64,000 nucleotides of DNA from the IMG/VR virus record IMGVR_UViG_3300025466_000015. One strand, 5' to 3'. Shown piece after piece: positions 56,810 to 64,000 of the stretch. Each line of letters starts with the position of its first letter. Positions within the stretch are counted from its first letter, which is position 1. Origin of the DNA: a virus. The notes beneath the pieces were generated by a model. That model ran no database searches. It saw only the letters and a program-made list of their open reading frames with translations, and was not told the origin of the DNA. A program made the position numbers and the translations under genes.

Positions 56810-57241
56810 ATGAAAAAAGTAATCACAACTCTTGCTCTTGCCGCTTCCGCTTTAGCAGCCAATGCTTTTGAAGTTGGTGTGGAAGGTGTACATGATTATG
56901 GTGTTCACAAAAACGGTTATCGTGCAACAACTGAAATCTATGGTGTTGACCTAAGTGCCACACACATGGGTCATTCTTATAACCGTGTTACTGTTGGTAA
57001 AGATTTTGATTTGTATAAACTAGGCAACGCCACACTCTCTGCTGGTGCTGCACTTGCATATCAAAACACTTTAGTTAGTAAAGTTCAAAATGGTTACGGT
57101 GCTGTTATTGACGCTGACGTAACAATCAAAGTGAATAAGAGAATAGATGCTGTTGTGGGTGTAGAACACTTCACAGGACAAAGCCAAGTTAAATCATTTA
57201 ACGGCAATGCAGCAACAATCGGACTAAACATCAAGTTCTGA
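56810..57241 (+). CDS. Small outer-membrane beta-barrel protein
   Basis: Signal peptide ending ANA; alternating strands; C-terminal IGLNIKF beta-signal. Confidence 0.7.
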   Translation: MKKVITTLALAASALAANAFEVGVEGVHDYGVHKNGYRATTEIYGVDLSATHMGHSYNRVTVGKDFDLYKLGNATLSAGAALAYQNTLVSKVQNGYGAVIDADVTIKVNKRIDAVVGVEHFTGQSQVKSFNGNAATIGLNIKF

Positions 57242-57293
57242 TTTTAGGGTTTGGTGGGTACCTCAAAAACCCACCCAATAAACGGGAGAACCA

Positions 57294-57788
57294 ATGAAGT
57301 TTCTTTTAATAAGAACTCTAATGGTAATGCTTTCTTTAAGTTTTTTACCATTACTCGCTAATCCACTCACCAACAATCCAATATACGAAATCAGCCAAGA
57401 GTTTAACAAACAATTACTCTGTATGGCTAAAAACATTTATTATGAAGCTGGCAAAGAACCTTATGAAGGTAAACTAGCCGTAGCACAGGTGGTTAACAAT
57501 AGAGTTAATTCTCATTTGTTTCCTAAAACTGTATGTGAAGTCGTATATCAAAAGGTTAACAATACTTACCAATTCTCGTGGGTTGGAGAAAATGTATCTG
57601 AAAAGATGAACCCATATGTTTGGGAAGAATCTCTCATGGTCGCTAAGAAATCTCTTACACAGTCTAATATACATGAGTTATTGGCCAAGACTAAGGCCAT
57701 GTATTTCCATGCCACCTCGGTTGCACCTGATTGGAACCTCAAGAGAGTGACACAAATTGGCAATCATATCTTTTATGCCAAAAAATAA
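57294..57788 (+). CDS. Cell wall hydrolase (SleB/Hydrolase_2)
   Basis: CMAKNIYYEA, AVAQVVNNRV, VCEVVYQ, QFSW, IGNHIFY. Confidence 0.9.
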   Translation: MKFLLIRTLMVMLSLSFLPLLANPLTNNPIYEISQEFNKQLLCMAKNIYYEAGKEPYEGKLAVAQVVNNRVNSHLFPKTVCEVVYQKVNNTYQFSWVGENVSEKMNPYVWEESLMVAKKSLTQSNIHELLAKTKAMYFHATSVAPDWNLKRVTQIGNHIFYAKK

Positions 57789-57835
57789 CTTGACTTTATG
57801 ATTTTATGTGATATAATAACAAAATGATTACAAAT

Positions 57836-58057
57836 ATGCCAACCAAAACCGAAATAACAGAATTCAGCCTCTTGATTGAAAATATATCATATGAGGAGAA
57901 TCTGTCTTATATTGATTCTATTGTATACCATTGTGAACAAACTGGTATGGAGATAGAAATCGCCTCCACTCTATTAACTTCAATTCTTAAGGCTAAAATT
58001 CGAGAAGAAGCTGAAGAAGTTAATTTATTAAAGAAAACATCAAAGTTACCTATATGA
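57836..58057 (+). CDS. 33: Late transcription coactivator (gp33-like)
   Basis: FSLLIE...SYIDSIVYHCE...LKAKIREEAEEVNLL...KLP. Confidence 0.8.
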   Translation: MPTKTEITEFSLLIENISYEENLSYIDSIVYHCEQTGMEIEIASTLLTSILKAKIREEAEEVNLLKKTSKLPI

Positions 58058-59322
58058 AACCTTTAAGATTTGCTTTTATTGGATCAGGTACTGCTAGTGT
58101 TATCAGTATTTGTGCCTTATATCAAAATATCAAAGAAATAACTCAACAGGAAAAATGTTTAATACCTTTTGAAGTTTTTTGTATACATGATCCAGATATA
58201 AAAACTTTTCCTGTTGGTGAAGCTTTTGGTCCCGGACAAAGGCAAGTTATGGAAATCGTGTTAGGTTATGACTTAGAAAAAGGTGTCGATTTAGACGAAA
58301 CGAACAGAAAAGGATCTAAATCATATTGGGAAAAAAATGGCGGGAATAATTTTGAGATTTGGTATCCTGCCGAAGGTATGCATGTTAATGCTGCCAAATT
58401 ATCTCCTTGGTGTTTAAAAAAATTATCACTCAAAGAAAATTTCAAAGAAATACACGATAATATAATTGAAATAAAACAGTCCAATCATGAAGTGACATTG
58501 ATTGGAAAAAATAGTGAGTATTCTGGATTTGATTTTGTTTTTGATTGCACCGGATCACCATCAGAAAAAGAATTAAATCCGTCAAAATATAATTTGCCTA
58601 AATTTGAATTTGTTAATACAGCACTTTTATATCAAGACTTTAAAAAATATGATGAACCGTATTCGAGCAGTTATGTTCATGAAAATGGATGGATGTTTGG
58701 CATACCATTAAAACACAGAAAGACTTACGGTTATTGTTACAATAAAAATATGACAAGTTATGATGATGCGTTGAATAATTTTCAAGACACTTTAAAAAAT
58801 TATGTGAATATTGAAAATATAAATGTTGATGAAATTAAAAAATTGTCGTGGAAACAATACTACAAAAAAGATTTAGCGGACAATAGAGTATTAACTTTAG
58901 GCAATAAACTTTATTTGTTTGATCCTCATATGGGTCTTGCTGCTCATTTTTTCATGGTAGTCGTTAGGAAATTCACAAATAATTTTTTAAAACATCATTT
59001 ATTTGATAATTTGCCTTTTGAGAACATGATAAACTCTTTGAATACTTGGTACAGAATTAGTATAAAAGAAATTGAAGCTTTGATTGCATTAAATTATGCC
59101 ACACCAAATAAAATTGATAATCATTATTGGAATGAAATTAGCCCTAAGGCACAAAATATATTGAAAGAGTGTATAACTTTGCAGAAGTGGTTTGCTGATT
59201 GTGAAATGGGAGAAAAGGATCAATTTAATTTTCATGCGGATCGACTGATGTTTTTATATTTAAATGGTTATAACGTCAAATTAAAAGATATTTTTTATGA
59301 AAAAAATTGCAATAATCGGTAG
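58054..59322 (+). CDS. Flavin-dependent halogenase-like protein (divergent)
   Basis: IGSGTA, PVGE, FDCTG, GWMFGIPL. Confidence 0.7.
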   Translation: MKPLRFAFIGSGTASVISICALYQNIKEITQQEKCLIPFEVFCIHDPDIKTFPVGEAFGPGQRQVMEIVLGYDLEKGVDLDETNRKGSKSYWEKNGGNNFEIWYPAEGMHVNAAKLSPWCLKKLSLKENFKEIHDNIIEIKQSNHEVTLIGKNSEYSGFDFVFDCTGSPSEKELNPSKYNLPKFEFVNTALLYQDFKKYDEPYSSSYVHENGWMFGIPLKHRKTYGYCYNKNMTSYDDALNNFQDTLKNYVNIENINVDEIKKLSWKQYYKKDLADNRVLTLGNKLYLFDPHMGLAAHFFMVVVRKFTNNFLKHHLFDNLPFENMINSLNTWYRISIKEIEALIALNYATPNKIDNHYWNEISPKAQNILKECITLQKWFADCEMGEKDQFNFHADRLMFLYLNGYNVKLKDIFYEKNCNNR

Positions 59323-60499
59323 AGGGACAGCAGGCGTTCTTTCAACCGCACACTTTTCTAGGTATTGTGGCGATTGTGAAATTGAATTATATTATGATTC
59401 AAATATAAAACCTCAACCTGTAGGTGAAGGTTCAAATTTAACTTTAAGTAAATATTTGTTTGATATACTAGACTTCAAACATTCAGAATTACCTCTGATT
59501 GATGGAACATTCAAGACAGGAGTAAAAAAAATTGGTTGGGGTGAAGGAAAAGATTTTGAACACGAGGCAACTCCGCCTCACATAACATACCATTTCAATG
59601 CTGCAGCTTTGCAAGAATACATATTAAATAAATTGAAAGATAAAATTACAATTTATGATAAAAATGTTTCGTCTGATGACATTGATTCAGATTATGTTAT
59701 GGATTGTTCTGGTACACCTAAAAATTTAGATGAATTTATTATACCAGAATTTATTACAGTGAATTCAGTATATGTCACGCAATGTTATTGGGATTATCCC
59801 AGATTCTTACACACACTTAATATCACTAGACCATATGGTTGGGTTTTTGGTATACCTCTGAAGAATAGGTGTGCTATAGGTTATGTTTATAACAACAATA
59901 TTAACACATTACAAGAGGTGCAAGAAGATGTTAAAAATATTTTTGATGAATATAACTTAATACCTAGTGATAAAAATATTGCATTCAGTTTCAAAAGTTA
60001 TTATAGGAAAAATAATTTTCAAGGTAGAGTTGTTTATAATGGCAATTCATCATTTTTTCTTGAACCATTAGAGGCAACTGCTATATCTGTTATTGAAAAT
60101 ATTAATCGATATTCTTATGATATATGGTTTGATAACAATTCTATCGTACAAAAAAATAATGACTATAAACATACTTTGCAAAGAATTGAATCAATGATTT
60201 TGATGCACTATTATTCAGGTTCACCATATAAAACTGCTTTTTGGCATTTTGCTCAGGATCGAGGCCGTAAGTGTATAGAAAATTCTTTGGAAAAACATCA
60301 AGAATTAAAATTGTTAATTGAAAAACCATATTCTGATATTGATCCGAATCTTTTCACTAAAGATAGGATAAAAGGTTATGGACCTGGTTATGGACTTTGG
60401 GGTATACACGGTATGCACCTAAATTTTAATAAACTTGGACTCTACGATAAACTCAAAAGAGATTTTAACTTAAACCCTTTAAACTTGGGATATGAATAA
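59297..60499 (+). CDS. Tryptophan-halogenase-like flavoprotein
   Basis: IIGRGTAG, VGEGS, GTFKTG, MDCSG, GWVFGIPL, FLEPLEAT. Confidence 0.8.
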   Translation: MKKIAIIGRGTAGVLSTAHFSRYCGDCEIELYYDSNIKPQPVGEGSNLTLSKYLFDILDFKHSELPLIDGTFKTGVKKIGWGEGKDFEHEATPPHITYHFNAAALQEYILNKLKDKITIYDKNVSSDDIDSDYVMDCSGTPKNLDEFIIPEFITVNSVYVTQCYWDYPRFLHTLNITRPYGWVFGIPLKNRCAIGYVYNNNINTLQEVQEDVKNIFDEYNLIPSDKNIAFSFKSYYRKNNFQGRVVYNGNSSFFLEPLEATAISVIENINRYSYDIWFDNNSIVQKNNDYKHTLQRIESMILMHYYSGSPYKTAFWHFAQDRGRKCIENSLEKHQELKLLIEKPYSDIDPNLFTKDRIKGYGPGYGLWGIHGMHLNFNKLGLYDKLKRDFNLNPLNLGYE

Positions 60500-61242
60500 T
60501 GAATGAATATTGTATCGCTTTAACCAGTCGTTATGGCAATTTTATGATGGATAAATTTGATGAGCAACAACCTGCTCATATTCAAACATATGGCATACCA
60601 CACATTCATCAAGAAATTGATTTTGTTACCAACATAGTAGACAAACTACCTGATGGTTCTGTTTTTGTGGATGTTGGTGGTAATATTGGTTTGTTTTCAA
60701 TACCTGTGGCCAAAAAATTGGCTGAGAAGAATGGTAAAGTCTATTCGTTTGAGGCACAAAGAATATTTTATTATATGTTGGCTGGCAATGTGGCACTCAA
60801 CAATTTGACCAACATGTATGCTTATAATCTGGCTGTATCGGACAAAGAAGAATGGTTGCAAATACCATTAGTAGATTACTTCAGTAAGAATGACTTTGGT
60901 ACTGTTACTTTTAAGGATACACCTTCAGTAGACAACACATTCATTGGTCAAGATAAGGTTAAAACCATTCTATTGGATGACTTAGGATTGGATCGATTGG
61001 ATATGATGAAGATTGATGTAGAAGGAATGGAAACAAACGTCCTAAATGGTGCCAAGAACTCTATTGCCAAGTTTAGACCTCTTGTTTTTATTGAATACTT
61101 CTTAGCTAAACCTGAAGATGGTCTCCAGGAATTCTTCATTGAAAGAGACTACAATATTTTTGTTGCCGACAGGCAAAATTGGTTATGTGTACCTAAGGAA
61201 AAGACTACATATATGCCAAAATATTTGACACAGGTTGCTTGA
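60499..61242 (+). CDS. FkbM-family methyltransferase
   Basis: VDVGGNIG, YSFEAQ, MKIDVEGME, RPLVFIE. Confidence 0.88.
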   Translation: MNEYCIALTSRYGNFMMDKFDEQQPAHIQTYGIPHIHQEIDFVTNIVDKLPDGSVFVDVGGNIGLFSIPVAKKLAEKNGKVYSFEAQRIFYYMLAGNVALNNLTNMYAYNLAVSDKEEWLQIPLVDYFSKNDFGTVTFKDTPSVDNTFIGQDKVKTILLDDLGLDRLDMMKIDVEGMETNVLNGAKNSIAKFRPLVFIEYFLAKPEDGLQEFFIERDYNIFVADRQNWLCVPKEKTTYMPKYLTQVA

Positions 61243-61267
61243 CAGGCGCCTAAATATATTATATAAT
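61239..61267 (+). promoter_or_regulatory. gp32 promoter: sigma70 site with embedded late-like CTAAATA
   Basis: TTGACA-17 nt-TATAAT with CCTAAATA in the spacer. Confidence 0.7.
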
Positions 61268-61322
61268 GATACTTCGTGACAATACTCCGTTTATACTCCG
61301 TACATACTAGAAAGGTAAAATT

Positions 61323-62186
61323 ATGGATTTCTCTAAATTGAAAACTGGCTCAGGCAACCTCGCCAAACTAAAAGCCAAACTTGATGAACTCAGCGCTTCA
61401 TCAGAAGGAACCTCCAACAAAGACAACTACTGGAAACCAGAAGTAGATAAAGCTGGTAACGGCTCTGCTGTCATTCGTTTTCTACCAGCATCTCCAACTG
61501 ATGGTGAAGACGGACTGCCATGGGTTAAAGTGTTCTCTCATGGATTTCAGGGACCTGGTGGTTGGTTAATTGATAACTGTTTGACCACCAACAATCAACA
61601 ATGTCCTGTATGTGAACACAACAACAAATTGTGGAACTCAGGTATTGAAGCCAATAAGACTGTGGCACGCAATCAGAAACGTAAGCTAAACTACACAGCA
61701 AACATCTATGTTGTGTCTGATCCAAAGCATCCTGAGAATGAAGGCAAGGTGTTCTTGTTTAGATTCGGTAAGAAAATCTTTGATAAGATTACTGAAGCAA
61801 TGAATCCGGCATTTGAAGATGAGACACCTATCAATCCATTTGATATGTGGAAAGGTGCTGACTTCAAACTCCGTATCCGTAAGGTTGCTGGGTACCAAAA
61901 CTATGATAGTTCTGAGTTTGCATCACCAGCTGCATTGCTTGATGATGACTCTGAATTGGAAAAGATTTGGAAGTCTGAACACTCTCTCAAGGTTCTATTG
62001 GATCCAAAAGAGTTCAAGTCTTATGATGACCTCAAAGGCAGACTAGACAAAGTTCTTGGTGATGCACCAGCACCTAAGACTACTGTTGAACAAGCTAAGG
62101 CAATGCCTAAGAAACCTGTTGATGAAGAATTGATGTCTGAAGAAGACGATGACTTGGCATATTTTGCTAAGTTAGCCGAGGAATAA
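61323..62186 (+). CDS. 32: Single-stranded DNA-binding protein (gp32)
   Basis: DKAGNGSAVIRFLP, HGF...NCLTT...CPVCE, FGKKIFDKI, NYDSSEF, acidic tail. Confidence 0.95.
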   Translation: MDFSKLKTGSGNLAKLKAKLDELSASSEGTSNKDNYWKPEVDKAGNGSAVIRFLPASPTDGEDGLPWVKVFSHGFQGPGGWLIDNCLTTNNQQCPVCEHNNKLWNSGIEANKTVARNQKRKLNYTANIYVVSDPKHPENEGKVFLFRFGKKIFDKITEAMNPAFEDETPINPFDMWKGADFKLRIRKVAGYQNYDSSEFASPAALLDDDSELEKIWKSEHSLKVLLDPKEFKSYDDLKGRLDKVLGDAPAPKTTVEQAKAMPKKPVDEELMSEEDDDLAYFAKLAEE

Positions 62187-62222
62187 TCTCCTGACTTTCG
62201 TTATGATAATGTGAATTTTATA

Positions 62223-62246
62223 CCCCGCCTAGTGCGGGGTTTTTTA
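62223..62246 (+). terminator. Rho-independent terminator between convergent genes
   Basis: ACCCCGC-CTAGT-GCGGGGT followed by a T tract. Confidence 0.85.
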
Positions 62247-63935
62247 TACCAGCCTCAGGTTTTGTTTCTGTACCTTCTGTAATGTTGGATCATCCGTTCT
62301 AACAGGTATAGAGGTGTCTAGTACAATATCACTACCTTTTGAACCAGATTTTGCAACAATATTTTTAGAGTTGTCAATATTAATCACTTTTGGTTGAGAC
62401 TCTTTCATTTGTAAATCAGTATTTTGTGCCATTGCATTTTGTGCTCTCTCACCAATTGGATTTGGTGCTGGTGGTGCCATTGATGCTGTTGATGTTGATG
62501 GTGCTGAAGCGGTTGATGTTGATGGTGACATTGAATCACCTGATGGCGCTGAGGCTGGTGCTACTGATGTTGTTGATGTTGCAGCTGGACTAACGGATGA
62601 TGGTGTTGCAGCTGCAGCTGTTGATGTAGATGTTGCCTGTGTCGTTTTTGGTGTACCATCTGTATTGTATTTTTCTCCGAATTTTTTGTCCCAATTCTCT
62701 TGTTCAAGTTTCAATTTACTACCAGCAGGACTTCCAGCATCTATATCTTTTTGTGTTACATTTTTGTGTCTTGCATCACCAGCTTTTGGTCTAGGTGGTT
62801 GTTTTGGTAATTTATCATTTGTTGATTTCGGTACAGCAACATCTGGTCCTTCAGCTATTTGTTTAACCATTTTCAAACCACCCATATCAATAATGGCTTG
62901 TTTGTTAGATTCGGGATCTTTTAGAAGTTCTTGTGCTCGGGCTTTACTATTTTTAATCACATCGGTCAAATAATCTTTACCGCTTTGTGTAACTTTTCCG
63001 TCTTTATCTTTTTGGTCATATACAGCAATATCATTTGCCGAACCATTCTCTAATACAGCAGCGGCCTCTTGTGGAGTCATTGCTTTCATATTTGGTATGT
63101 TTTCTTTGACCAACTTTGTTAAAGCATCAGACATTAAACCTGCCAAATATACAGCTAATGTGCCAGCTGCAGCAACACCTAAAATGGCTAAAACATAGGG
63201 ATTAACCAAAAAACGACCTAGTGTTTTCAATAAATTTTTACCAATAATTTCAGCAAACTCCAATAATGGTTTTAATATTTCTTTCAAAGCATCGATTGCT
63301 GTACTTATCGTCTTCTCAATGTTTTTTAACAAATCACCAAGTCCACTAAACAAACCTTTTCCTTTTGGTTTAGTTACTTTTGTTGCCGAACCAGTAACTT
63401 TCATGCCAGTTATAGCAGAAAGTAATTCTTTGTGCCATGTTTCTTTTTGTTTTTCTTGTTTATACTTAAAGTTTATATCAAGTTCTCTACGTTTTTCTTC
63501 TTCAGTATAATTGGATTTCATTAGGTTGTATAATTTACCTAATACACTAGCAACACCCTCACCTTTTTTCATTCGTTGATTCTGACCTTCAGCCACTTTG
63601 GTGTATAATGCTGGTTGTATAGCACTTAAATCACTATCTTGTGTAATGTTGCCAGCATAGTTGCCTCTACGACCACCAGCAAAATACTGAATATCTTTAT
63701 CACTTCTACCTGTCAAACGACCAAGAACGGCTGCACCAAGATTACCTGTTAAAGCTTTGGCAATGTTTAACGGATCAAATTTCTCTTTGATACCGGTTAC
63801 TCTGGCTCTAAGTGATTGTGATATAGAAGAACGAATAGCTTTACCAACACCTTGACCTGAAACGATGTTTTGTGTTATTAGTTCTTTAAGACCTGTATCT
63901 CTAATTCTACGGCCTTGTTGATATGACATTGCCAT
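62244..63935 (-). CDS. Putative virion protein (tail/baseplate-associated, helical with Ser/Thr/Ala-rich tail)
   Basis: 563 aa, convergent with gp32, central hydrophobic helices; call is inferred from position. Confidence 0.45.
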   Translation of the reverse strand: MAMSYQQGRRIRDTGLKELITQNIVSGQGVGKAIRSSISQSLRARVTGIKEKFDPLNIAKALTGNLGAAVLGRLTGRSDKDIQYFAGGRRGNYAGNITQDSDLSAIQPALYTKVAEGQNQRMKKGEGVASVLGKLYNLMKSNYTEEEKRRELDINFKYKQEKQKETWHKELLSAITGMKVTGSATKVTKPKGKGLFSGLGDLLKNIEKTISTAIDALKEILKPLLEFAEIIGKNLLKTLGRFLVNPYVLAILGVAAAGTLAVYLAGLMSDALTKLVKENIPNMKAMTPQEAAAVLENGSANDIAVYDQKDKDGKVTQSGKDYLTDVIKNSKARAQELLKDPESNKQAIIDMGGLKMVKQIAEGPDVAVPKSTNDKLPKQPPRPKAGDARHKNVTQKDIDAGSPAGSKLKLEQENWDKKFGEKYNTDGTPKTTQATSTSTAAAATPSSVSPAATSTTSVAPASAPSGDSMSPSTSTASAPSTSTASMAPPAPNPIGERAQNAMAQNTDLQMKESQPKVINIDNSKNIVAKSGSKGSDIVLDTSIPVRTDDPTLQKVQKQNLRLV

Positions 63936-64000
63936 TTTTTATCCTTGTTGATGTGCTGGTAAATCTGGTGAACTACCTTGTGCGAGTGTTTTTTGTTTAG

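Noticed and set aside
1-64000. Stop-codon reassignment
   Set aside because: Core genes are full length under the standard code and coding density is high

Overview
A 64 kb, AT-rich segment of a large T4-like myophage. Recognisable core genes are primase gp61, ThyX, NrdA/NrdB with thioredoxin, RNase H, gp33, gp32 and a DenV-like glycosylase, with T4-type late promoters (TATAAATA) and many sigma70-type promoters. The host is probably a freshwater betaproteobacterium (inference from the tmRNA tag and two Burkholderiales-like genes). Layout: glycosylation cluster (1-5.7 kb); late operon of probable capsid-packaged proteins (5.8-14 kb); lysis/membrane block (14-16.9 kb); replication and nucleotide genes (17-25 kb); hypervariable early region with an inverted block of promoter-gene cassettes and an origin-like repeat region (28-49 kb); oxygenase/methyltransferase genes; a permuted two-piece tmRNA; envelope genes; two halogenase-like genes; gp32. 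Best candidates for novelty: (1) a probably capsid-targeted, protease-processed module of a His-rich ligase-fold enzyme plus an HxGH nucleotidyltransferase/P-loop kinase fusion, with an apparent overprinted gene inside; (2) a one-strand, phased GAGGT array split by a near-perfect Fur box; (3) a protein-coding array of two alternating constant repeats with variable inserts; (4) a permuted tmRNA plus an ArfA-like peptide. All family calls come from reading motifs by eye; no searches were run.
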